Below, one piece after another: positions 40,001 to 52,067 of a stretch of DNA of 64,000 nucleotides. The notes beneath the pieces are model-generated. The model did no database searches. It had not been told where the DNA came from and worked only from the letters and a program-made list of their open reading frames with translations. The stretch is from the NCBI GenBank assembly GCA_015680685.1, contig MNCI01000774.1, positions 409,528-473,527 of the forward strand. Reading direction: 5' to 3'. The first letter of the stretch is position 1, and each line of letters opens with the position of its first letter. Source of the stretch: Gnetum montanum. Its lineage: Eukaryota > Plantae > Gnetophyta. Position numbers and translations under genes: made by a program.

Positions 40001-41790
40001 TAATCCAGATTTGATGGTCTTTACTTAAGCCATATGAGTTGATTGTAAGGTTACAGTGATTGCCTACTAAACATTGGTCTTTTTGATGTGTCAGCAGTTG
40101 CAGAATGGGCAAACGAAGCCCTCTCAGGTTTAGGCAAGGGTGCACCTTTTTCTCTTTGTTTGACCCAAAAGTATTTCTCAGATGTTGCAGCAGCTTATGG
40201 AGATCCTGAAAACATCCTTTCAAGAGTCAGTGTCATGAGTTAATTATATTAATTAGATGGTGAATTTGTTAAAGAATATATATATACACTAACTATTTGT
40301 TTTTGGAAATTCAGTTAGAAGAGGTTATGCGTTTGGAGTATCGCATTGCTTTGAGAGCTGCACTTCGTAAGGATTTCATTGAAGGTGTCCGTGCGGTGCT
40401 TGTTGATAAAGATCAGGTTTAACGCCAATTCCGATGATTATATTCTCACGAATAGTTTCTATATTTATGATTTGGACGTGTCTTGTAACTTCTTAGCTGT
40501 TAAATAGGCGAGATTAAAATTTTGCTTGTCCAAGTATGATATAAAATTATTTAGGTTGCGTTTTTTAAGTAATTCAATTTGGTACCAGTGTTTAAGTTGT
40601 CAAAATCAGGTTCATAGTTAGCAGCATCAGAAAATAGTTAAGAGTCAGCTAGTCGGTAAATACCATTGACAAATAGTTGGATGTTATAAGTGCTCTAGAA
40701 ATTCAATTAAAGATTACTTAGTATATTACAGAGGCAAGGAGATATAATTAAAATAATTACAAGAGACCATAAAAACAAAAGTATAAAATTGCTTGTGGAA
40801 CACGAGCACGAACGCTGTTTTTTTTCTTTTTATATGTTAAATTCAAGGTATCATTTTTTAAAGAATTCCTTTGCTTTTTATGCTGATTAATCTTCATGTG
40901 TTGAGATTTTGATTCTTTATGTTCTCATGATATGGAAGTGTTGGATTCCTGAAAATTCTTCATTTTAGGATGGTTTTTGTACATTGATCTAATGAAATAT
41001 CACAAAATCAGAAACAAAATGATTGCAGCCAAAATTTACGTTATAGGGTACCTGATAACGCTTGTCTGGCAGCAGAACCTACAGAAAAATCTAGAAAAGA
41101 TTTTAAAAAAAAAACAAAATGCTTGAAAATTAACATCAACATTACCATTGCTTGTACCTGGAAAAGTATTTTCCAACCATATGGCAATGGCATTCCTTTA
41201 GAGCATCAAATATGGAGATCTGAATTTTTGTAACACAATCTATTATGATTATCTTGGGAAGCCCAATAGAAAAATCAACATGTATACACAGCGACGGTAA
41301 CCTAGAATTTGGTGGAGATATCAACTTTGAACTCCTAAATGGTCACCAATGCAATAGCATAAATTATCATGTTGTCATGCAGCTTAATCGGGTAAGGTGG
41401 ATTGTTTTGTGTGGTGAGATAGGCAATGATGCTTATGGCTCCAATGCTTCTTCGCCCATTCTTGTAAAGTGGCGTAATATGGTCATTTTCGTTCTTGCAC
41501 AATCAACATAGGTTGTACCTCATCACATGCTAACATGGATCGTCTATATTTGCAGTTTTGTATTGTAAATGGATTGATGGTTTGTATGATGTTAGAAACT
41601 ATCATCTGTAGGAGCCATTTTCACCTATTCCATTCATAATTTGATGGCCGAATTGGTTAGGCTCTAATTGCTGATGCTGATTTGATGGCAGAATCCAAAA
41701 TGGGAACCTTCAAAACTGGAGGAAGTTGACTTAAATGAGATTGATTCTCTTTTTCAACCTTTGAATGGAGTTGATGAGTTGCAACTATGA
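31038..41790 (+). CDS. 3-hydroxyisobutyryl-CoA hydrolase-like protein (enoyl-CoA hydratase/isomerase family), probably mitochondrial
   Basis: Ten GT-AG exons: 31038-31308, 35879-35980, 36091-36155, 37691-37825, 37963-38059, 38574-38703, 38873-39051, ~40095-40225, 40315-40416, 41692-41790. Motifs [65 protein letters not shown]. The N-terminus is R/S/A-rich, like a presequence. Confidence 0.93.
31562..32662. mobile_element. Foldback / long inverted-repeat element in intron 1 (MITE- or MULE-like, non-coding)
   Basis: attgaagccaaatcttggagttgacttctgtt (31562-31593) is the exact reverse complement of 32631-32662. Further inverted blocks at ~31800-31970 versus ~32075-32245, centred near 32030. Confidence 0.65.
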
Positions 41791-42771
41791 AGCAAGTGTT
41801 CCAGCTACTCGATGACGTAGAACATTGCATGCTAGAATTGCTCTAGCATCCATACATAAAAAATCACATATGTAGCTATGCACAGACATATTCCATGAAC
41901 TTTTACTTCCACCTAAAATTATAATAATAATGTTCGTAGTATTAATAATGTCGGAGAAGGAAGGTACGCCCACCAAATTTCAGGTGGGTTGGGAGATTGG
42001 CATATTTTGATTTACCGTTGGCAGTACTGCCACCGGGAAAGATTTATTCGCTTCTTTGCAGGTGATTCAGGGTAATTTTATACCTGTGTTGCACCCATTC
42101 CATGGAAGACTTCAAATAACTCTAGATTAATCATCATGGCTTATTCTCTGAATTTTGCATTCGTTCATTATTTAAAATGTATAATTTATTTTTTTCTCTA
42201 GTTTGTATTCACAAGCATTTAATTTCAAATTTATCAGAAACTCTGAATGACAGCTATTCTCAATCTACAATTTTTAATGCACTACGCTGGGAAACTCAAA
42301 AAAAGAACTGAAAATAACTCTGAATATGATGTTGGTAAAGAGGCAACAGCGAAATGATTTATTGGTTACATAGAGAAACAATCCATGATATTTTGTTTGG
42401 GGAGCTGGCGTGGGATGTTTATACTGTTTCATATGTTTTTCCAGCGTAATAAACAAATGCCATCTGGCTCTTGCTTTTTGCTTATTGTCAGATGTAAAAA
42501 AGGGCTCTTGCTATCCTGTTTTAATCCGGGCTCAATTGTAAATTTCTTTCTTTGTTAGCATAAAATCGGTAAGAAACGACAAGAAGAAATTAAATGAATA
42601 TTAAACAAGCTTTTCTTGTATTTTTCAAAATGACTCGTTTACATGAATTAGGTATCAAGGAACGAATACAGCGTAAGTACATCCTCAACATCATAATGTC
42701 ATCCGTATCATAACATGTTGGTTGATTTCAAATCCAGAAAGCGTATTTTTGAAAATGAGGTTTAAGAAAAC

Positions 42772-45700
42772 CTATGAGCATTCTCCACTATGTAAGCTCA
42801 GGAGCAGCTTTAAGTAGCCATGTTGACTTGGATTTATGTACCTGCAGTTTTAAAAAACGTTGGTATTTTCATTAAAAAATTTGCAATATTATTTATCATT
42901 TCTATCAATGATACCGACAGCGGTAACCATTCCTGAAATCAACTTCTTTCAATATTTCAATGAAAGTCACAAGATCACATTCAACTTTCAATATTTCAAT
43001 GAAGTTCCAAAATCACATTCTAGACCAAAAAAATTTGTAGAGTCATAATTGCCTGGAAATCTATTCAGCAAGATTTGTTTTGTTATTGTTTCTCAATTTC
43101 ACTCAAAGTTAAGAAAGAATAAAAGTCCTTTTATTGAGAAGTTTCCATGATGAGGTAAAACTTGGTAGCATGGGTCAGACCTCAAATCCTGATACGTTAT
43201 ACTCACATACAATGGCTGTTTCCACATCGTGTCCGCAAAATGCAGTATATCATGCACACTTGTTGGGCCTAAATATTTTTAAACATTCAAATACAATTTC
43301 TTAATTGCCAATAGCCATCCTGGTCGCTTTGAGCAGTTACTGAATCGATCCAGCAATTCAACAACTATTCAACAGACCATCACAACCATCAAGAACATGT
43401 GCCGCAATGTCGGAGAACGATTTTATTTCTTTTTGTCTTTTTTTATGAGATATTCTTTTAAGCATTATTCAAACTCTTTTAACATCAATGTGATGTGTTG
43501 TAAGGTACACAGTTGAACATGTAACGATTCATGATTGATGGACTCAGTCCTTTTTCAAAGTTCCAATCCTCAACTCACCAATCCTCATCATCTTCATCCT
43601 CACCACCCAGTTCTTACCCTCCCTCCTACCATGCCTGCCCCAGTCGTGTACCCACTTTCTCTTATTTTGTCCTAGACTCATCTTATTCTCTTATTATATG
43701 CACTTTTGTAGTTGGTTTAGGGATTGTGGGTATATGTATATGTTTTGTTCTCCCTTTTACAGGATCTCATTTTATTCCTCCTCTGTAATTCTTCGGAGTA
43801 TCATGTTACATTTTATTCCTCCTCTGTAATTCTTCGGAGTATCATGTTAATTATATGTTGTGGGGTATACTAATAACCCAATCGCCCTCCCCTTTTCATT
43901 TAATTTTCAATCTCTAATAAAAGTGGAATTTGAACGGGTGCTTCTCTAAGTTCAAATACCAGAATTCTTGTTTTATTCCCTGGTTTGGTTTAATTCCCAC
44001 TCTCCCATAGTTTTATGTGAATTTTGTTGGTTTGTATATATCTACCTAAGTAAGTCCACCCAAGTCAGTATCGGTTGGTTGGTTGTTCGCGTCATTCATT
44101 TTTGTCGACTTCCCTCTTTCAAACATGGTCTATCAAATGTTGTCTATTCTGCTTGATAATGCAATAGGAAGGATGAATCAATTGTGACAAACACGTTACT
44201 TTGGAAAGTAAGAGTCATTCATAGTGCAGTACTCCAAGTTGAAAGAAATGTGTGGACGGTTAAGGTCTGTTAAGCCGTAAAGGAGCACGAGATACTGTTT
44301 TTGATATTGTGAGATTTTTAGATCTCGATTTTATGCTCTCTCAGCACAGGGATTTAGTGGAAGAGCAGGTCAACTCAAGAAGCTGGGCATAGATGGAACA
44401 ACAAACCTCTATATAGATACTTTACAATTAGAAAGACTAAAGGTTGACATTGTAGCTCTCCAGTTACAGTTTGGTGACAAAGTGTCTACCAGGAAGTATG
44501 AATAATTCCAGAAGCCTAATGATAAAAGGGCAAACACACAGAACTGTATGAAAAAGAACTCCTCCATGGAACATCATAAAGCCAGCCAGTCTTACGTAGC
44601 AAGGCATTTAACTTGTAGCCTACAAGTCATAGGTTTAATCCCAATGAAGCATTGCCTGGAGGTGCCATCAGCCCTTCTTGGAATTTGTTCAGAATAAAGT
44701 CCCCATATTAAGAATTCTACAAGCCAGTTTTAGTGATGCTAAAGAGGAAAGTTCACTTGTCCACCAACTTTTGCAGTAAAGCAAGTGATTTTTGAGATGG
44801 AGAAAAGGGAGAAGCTTCAGCCTTGCTGAAGTTTCCTGTATTTTTTATGATTGTTATGGATGGAATGTGACTCCAAAGTAAATGCTTGTCTATACAATCT
44901 TCATGATCTCATGATCTCACAGGTTAAAAAGAGGTTACTTTGAATGTTTTAGTAATCAGTGATGATAAACACTTCATAAGCTGCATAAAAGCAGTAATGA
45001 ATAAAAGTTGATAATTGCAAATTTCAGATAATTATTTTCTTTCCAATTGACCTTATCTGTTTAGAAAATATTACATCAATGATGTTTTCAACTTTCTTCG
45101 AAAATATGTTGAGGCTTTGTAACTGTACAACAAATTCTCTGTGATTTCCTGAATGTAATAAAGATTTCCAGTTTCCAATAAACTTCCGATAACTTATACC
45201 ACAATTGAGCAGCATCTACATCTTATATCAGGAAAAGCTGAATTATTAAATGAACAGACACTTGCAAGAAAAACAAATCAATTGTTGGAAAAGCAACGGA
45301 GGAAAAGCTGAATTATTAAATGAACAGACACTTGCAAGAAAAACAAATCAATTGTTGGAAAAGCAACGGAGGAAAGTGGAAAAAACATTACCCATGACGA
45401 TATAGGAAGTCAATGATGCCTAGAACACAGTTTGGCTTGAAAAGTTGTGTGTTAAGAATCAACTTAACAACTTGAGATACTGGTAGTAGCAAGAAACTTT
45501 CAACTTCTCCATCTTACAAACATAGTAGCAAAACATAATCAGAAAAGTGAACAACACAAAGCTGAGGCTATATCTATTTAAATAACAAATGAAATAATTT
45601 CTACGTGGTATGATTGATCCAAAATATGACACCAAAAACAAGTGAAAGTATCTATATACATATGTAATAACTTTTAACAAATTCCCTTTTGCATCTGTAA

Positions 45701-48700
45701 TTGACAAAAGACATTTGAATATCCAGTATCATCATACCTTTATTCATTGGTTGAAAGTCATTTGGAACCTGCAAATCGTAGCAGAACAGTACATCCCTTT
45801 TCCTTCGAACACCATCAATATCTTCGTAACTAACAGCCCCAGTCGGGATGGCCCTTTTAGCTCATGTCAATAGGAGGCATCAGTTTTTATGTCTGTAAAG
45901 CGTATATACTAGCACTCCTATGTTCTTTCACGAATACAAACATTACAGCCGGTAGGGCAGCAATTATTACAAGTCATAAAAAGAAAATAATTGATTAAAA
46001 CACAAGCAACAATCCATGGAAACCCCTGGTCCTAGGATCATGTCTTACCAACCTGTCCTGTTAGAGCAAGTGCTATTGTTCACAGAATGAAGAAAATAAA
46101 GCCATTACTTTCCCACATGGAATACACCATTGTTGCCTAAATATGTATATGTGTATGCTGTTCTTTGATGCATGATGTCTTTTTTGTTGTTGATATGTTT
46201 TGAGTTGAGATCTCATTTGCGTTATTATTTGCTTAACATATGTTTTTTCGGAAGTACTCTTTTCGACTAGAAAAGAAAGAATACATTGCGTGAGAAGATT
46301 TGATAAGGACAGAACAGTCAGTAATTACATTAAACCGTAGCCTACAAATCTAAGAAAAGCACTGAGTGAATATATAATGAACAATGTCTGTTGTGCATAC
46401 TATATCCTCCTGCATTGTTGCCATTGTTAAGGATCAAAGTGTAAAGAATCAAGCATTAATCAGGCAGACAGCACTTTATCAAAGGATTAAAACATATACG
46501 CTTATGTGAAGGAGCTTGCAAGGTATTTATTTTTAAGTTACACGGATATTTCCTTCAATAATTGGATTACTTGCATCTTATATAAAATACCTAACTCAAG
46601 CACCTCTACAGAATACTTAATTGACACGTCAAAAGCCAAACCTAAGGAAATTTGTACAAATATTTACATACCTTTCAGCAATATATCTTGGTATAGCAGC
46701 TTCTTCATTGCACTCTTTAAGAAGATTTTCATCACAAGAAATGCCTACTGGCTGCTTGCATTGAGACATGAATAAACAAATAGTCATAACAAAAGTAGCT
46801 ATCACAAAAGAGAGTTCACAAAGCATGAATTTAATACTGGGGAAGAAAAAAAGGTCACTTTAGGTTGCGCATATGCCAAGAAACATGCATACCAGCCCTC
46901 CTGCCACAAGATGATCCAACATTCCAGGGAATGTTTCTTTGTTCAAACTTCGCCTTCCTATCCACATTTTTTTCTCACCATCAATTTGTACATATCCATT
47001 CATGTGGACACCATAAGCCTGCACATTAAAGACGTAAAATTAAAATTATAGTCTGCACGGTTCATGCACAACCAAATTTCACTGCGGCAGCATTAGACAT
47101 CAAGGCTTTGCAAGAGGCACTTACATGTTTCAATAACACAAGGTAGTAAGTGATATAAGTGAGATGCAGCTATATACATTTCTATAGTTTTAAAGGTGGG
47201 GCTATAATGAAGTTTACTAGCAGTAGTAATTTCTTGAGAATCAATCCAAAAGAAACTTTAATTTTGCAGTCACATTGGATTTACCTTTGTACCAAAATAT
47301 GGAACAGCTGCACGCTCCAAAGAAAATAGAGCTTCCTCGCCGAAAGCCACAGCCACTGGGCATAACTGTTAACCAACAGTGAATAAAATAATACTGTTGG
47401 TACTCCAATTATAGTTTCGATAACAGAAATTTGGTAAAGATAAACCTATTTTAAAACAGCCCAAAAAGTAATAATGTTCTAAATAAATATTTATGCCTCA
47501 TTTCTTAGACCCTTGATCATGCCTTCTTTATGCAGCTTCTTCACTGCAACCCCTACAGCTTCAGTTCTGTCACTTGGTGTTTTTAATCTATCATTAAGAG
47601 TAATATACTGAACAAAGGATTGCCCAGTGTTGCCTGAAGTGCCATCAAAATCATCCACCAGCGCAAAAATATCTTGATACTCTTTCAAGTACTGAACTAC
47701 CCTGTGATAAAACATGGAAGAAATAAAGCAAACAATTGCCTAACTTCACCCGATAGCAATTATAATCAGAAACCATATTTGATAATCTTGAAATATTTCA
47801 TCACATTCCAATATCATTAACATAACCCAAACCTTATTCCATACAACTAGGATTAACTATATGTTCTCTTTCTCTATTATTATAAATCCAAGGGAAAAAC
47901 AATTTCTTATAAATTTAATTGCTTTAATGTTCTTGAAAGGGGGGTGAAACTTTTACTAAGCTCTGTTTTGCATCATGTTAGAAGTTAAATTGCACTCCAA
48001 ATTTAATAAAAGATTATAGGTGGATCGTTTTAACAATATTTAAAGATATCTAAATCAAAAGTTATATCATTTGTTTGTGAATTAAATGCCTTAAAAACAA
48101 AATACGGTTATGGACAAAAAACTTGCAGAGAAACACAACAATTATAATCTGTAAAAAACTAATTACCAAGATCAAACTGTTGGATCACAGCAAAATAGCA
48201 TGAAATATGAAAATCTGTGTTGGAACGAGGAAAAGATTCTAATATCATATTTCTATGAACCAAACTTTAAAGCACAAAAATCATATAACTTTTACATTAT
48301 AAAAGAAATAAACCTAATATCTTACGTTGAATGAACATAGCCAATGAGACTTCTCTCAATAATAAAAGGTAGAAACTCTGACTTTTTTTCCTGCCAAAAA
48401 GAATACTATAAATTACTTTTTTCATACTAATTACAGAAAATATGGAAAGAAAAGTTAATTACGTGAGGTGCTAAAATCAAAAAATTTAAATTAAACTCCC
48501 TTTTTCAAAGAAAAAAAAAAACAAACGAACAAGAAACAAAACAAAACAAAAAACAAAAAAGCACTTTGAACGTTCCACGGAAGGAATAAAATAAGTTACA
48601 AGCACTTAAGAAATGCTCAAATCCTATTTTTGCCTATCTCAATGTCTATAAGAACAAGCTAGATTTTTTATTTCACTTGTACAATCAAGAGATGAACACT

Positions 48701-50065
48701 ATTGCATCTTTGCTTGCTAAATAGGTGCTGAACAAAGCCACATTTTTAAACTAAACAGTAGTTCCAATATGTATTTTTGTGCTTCTGTTTATTATAGTAT
48801 ACATCTTCTCTTACAAGTTCATCTTTGTGATGGATCTTGATATCCACAAATTACCAGATTAACACAACCCAAGCTTCTATCATAGGGGAAGCAAGATACT
48901 GTGTGGACTGCATTACCATGGTTTATTTGGTTCATGGTGTCAAAGGAATGAAATTTTATAATTTTCCAACGGAGGTCGTAGAGCCCAACATTGGTGCGGG
49001 TTACTGTATGAAAATAATGCTGCAAAATTTCAGAAGAATTTTAATTAAAACAGTGCTGTTCAGTGAGAACTTTAGAAGAGGAATGTGGATGGCAATTTAT
49101 ATTTGGTGTTGATGATGACACAGAGACATATAGATAGAGGTAAAAGGCTGAAGAGCTGGAAAAGGTAATCTAAAAGTTTTCATTGCAAGCATTATATATA
49201 TACAAAAACTTGCATTATTCATACCATAACAAGCATCTATGAAACAAATACTATATTGCATAGAGCCTCTAAATACATGCACAAATATAGTGAGATGTTA
49301 ATGTAAGGGTGCAAATCATTTTTGGCTCTTGAAGGTTTCATCCATCGTAACAATAATATACTATAGTTTTGCATAGACTAGTGACCACTCATCTGTATCG
49401 TTATGATTTGGTTCTAATTACTTCACTGTAATGGTTTACAGTTTGTATCTTTGGTGAAAGATCCATATTTTGATGATCTTGATCTAATGGCTGCTTGGCT
49501 AAAGAAATGTCCCATAAACACAGTTTGGGTAACTTAATAAATTTGGTAGTTGGGCAAGATCATAGTTTAGATGAGGGCTATCACATACTAAATCACTCAA
49601 TAGAAGGTACCAAAAACAACATAGAAACGAATAACTTGGATGTCTATCTCAGTCTACAACTTTACAATAAATGCTTGGAAAAATGAAGAGAAGAAACTTA
49701 ATTGTTGACTCTACTTTCACGGTTACACGACTCACTCTTCCACGGTTACATGACTCTACTTTCTGTTGAAACCCTTGCAAGTCGAAAGATTTAGCTTCAA
49801 ATTCTTTCTCCGGAATTGCAATGCCAAGAACCTCTGCAATGGACGACGCCTGAGGCTGTAAGGAGCAGGGGAACCTTTTGCCAAGGCTAGTGCGCTTGAG
49901 ATTGTATTTATTGAAATACGGCAGCAATAATCCTCCGGTGGAAACTTTTATTGCTGCTGCAAAGCCTGCAATGGCGTCCATTATCCTGATATCAAGAATT
50001 TGGCCTCTGCTTACGAAATTCTTCAACTTTGCAAACGAATGGAAACCATGCGCGATCATTGCCAT
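42772..50065 (-). CDS. Nudix hydrolase, NUDT20/NUDT24-like (DUF4743 + Nudix), probably plastid-targeted
   Basis: Nine exons: 50065 (or 49981)-49736, 48390-48326, 47701-47497, 47365-47285, 47018-46893, 46751-46672, 45853-45738, 45512-45392, 42841-42772. Motifs LERAAVPYFG, AYGVHMNGY, FPGMLDHLVAGG, KECNEEAAI, DGEVESF, FKPNC. Ends GYLKLLLSLHSGECS*. Confidence 0.92.
43520..44121 (+). mobile_element. Possible solo LTR in the last intron of the Nudix gene
   Basis: TG...CA ends flanked by AACA/AACA, AATAAA at ~43916, and an internal ~41-bp tandem duplication at 43768-43849. Confidence 0.4.
45231..45370. repeat. Perfect 70-bp tandem duplication (intronic)
   Basis: ggaaaagctgaattatt...aagcaacgga occurs at 45231-45300 and 45301-45370. 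Confidence 0.95.
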
Positions 50066-50857
50066 TAGTCTTTCTCAGTCCATGACTCTATTGTCAAGAC
50101 ATGGCTTTCGGTTTACAGTCACCTTATTATTTTCTGAGGTGTTTACTGCTTACCTGTGCATACTGCATAGGAGGTATACGGAAATGAGAATGGCTGAGGA
50201 TTGAACTATGAGGGCGTGTCTAGTTGCCTGATTGATTCTATGGTTGTTGGATAGGTAGATTCAACTTATTATATTTAGAAAATTGTTTCCTTCTGATTAA
50301 TTCTGTGGAGTTTCAGTTGCATTAATCTTTAAATTCATGGTGAGCTCATCATTTCTATTGTTTGTGTTTATTCAATCTGAATTTCAGCGAGTGTAATCTG
50401 TTCAGGTTCCTGAATCCTATGAACTTAACATCTCCACGCATTGAATGTCCTCCTCCGTGTTTGTGTTATTTTTTGATGGGAAAATATTTTTTATTGCGGT
50501 TTTAATGTACTTACCAGGAGTTTCACAGTAATGTTTTCAATTGAAAATGTGTTCAAAATATGCATTTACTGAAAATGAAGCTTTATTATATTAAAAGACC
50601 TGTAAGATTTATTCCATAAGATATTATATTTTCATGAAAAATAAAGATGCATTTATTTTAGATTTAGTTTCATACATACAAAGATAATAAGTTGATTTAA
50701 TGTAAAAATCCTAAATTGATAAATAATGAACAAATATGCATATTGTACCTAAACACATTTATTATATTATTAATTTTTTTCCTTTTTATCATGGCAAAGG
50801 GCAATGGAGGTTTTAGGTTAGTAGTAGGACTCCTTGATTTGGAAACTTCAAATTATG

Positions 50858-52067
50858 GGTTCAATTCTATTAAGTAGTGCCAAGTTACAGCGATAACTCA
50901 ATGTGGTCCACTAGAATTGAATACCTCAAGCCAAAACTCTTACTACTAAGATAATAACTACATGTTAGCTATGTCGTGGGATACAACACCTTTCTTTATA
51001 ATGAAGTGTTAGCCTAGTGGTAAGACTCTTGATTTGAAAGTTCAAGGTCATGGGTTTGATTTTGGTTAGTAAGGCTGAATTATAAAAGTTCTAACTGGAC
51101 TACATATCTTGGGGTGTACTTTTATTAAAATTATTTCAGGTTTCAATTCTATTAGGTAGTGTCAAGTTATAGTGATAACTCAATGTGGTCCACTAGAATT
51201 GAATACCCCAAGCCAAAACTCTTACCACTAAGATAATAACTACATGCTAGCTATGTCGTGGGATACAACACCTTTCTTTATAATGAAGTGTTAGCCTAGT
51301 GGTAAGACTCTTGATTTGAAAGTTCAAGGTCATGGGTTTGATTTTGGTTTGTAAGGTTGAATTATAAACTTCTAATTAGACTATATATCTTGGGGTGTAC
51401 TTTTATTACAATTGTTTTAGGTTTCAATTCTATTAGGTAGTGTCAAGTTATAGTGTTAACTCAATGTGGTCCACTAGGATTGAATACCCCAAGCCAAAAC
51501 TTTTACAATTAAGATAATAACTATATGTTAGCTATGTCGTGGGATACAACACCTTCCTTTATAATGAAGTTTTATTCTAGTGGTAAGACTCTTGATTTGA
51601 AAGTTCAAGGTCATGGGTTTGATTTTGGTTAGTAAGGCTGAATTATAAAAGTTTTAATTGGACTATATATCTTGGGGTGTACTTTTATTAAAATTATTTC
51701 AGGTTTAAATTCTATTAAGTAGTGTCAAGTTATAGTGATAACTCAATGTGGTCCACTAGAATTGAACCCTTGGGGTATTTAAGGGTTCAATTCTATTAGG
51801 TAGTGCCAAGTTACAGTGATAACTCAATGTGGTCCACTAGAATTGAATACCCCAAGCCAAAACTCTTACCACTAAGATAATAACTACATATTAGCTATGT
51901 CGTGGGATACAACACCTTTCTTTATAATGAAGTTTTCGCCTAGTGGTAAGACTCTTGATTTGAAAGTTCAATGTCATGGGTTTGATTTTGGTGGGTAATG
52001 CTGAATTATAAAGTTCTAATTGGACTATATATCTTGGGGTGTACTTTTATTACAATTATTTCAGCTT
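50858..52067. repeat. Tandem array of ~281-bp units (four full plus one partial) containing a tRNA-like A/B-box segment
   Basis: Units start at ~50858, 51139, 51420, 51702 (partial) and 51784. Each full unit has TAGCCTAGTGG or a variant followed by GGTTTGATT. Confidence 0.9.

Noticed and set aside
41130-41530. Coding-like patch in intron 9 of the HIBCH-like gene
   Set aside because: Exons 9 and 10 join cleanly without it, and no motif was recognised in any frame.
51005-51070. Functional tRNA genes in the tandem array
   Set aside because: No convincing acceptor stem or cloverleaf, and the B-box lacks the TTC consensus.
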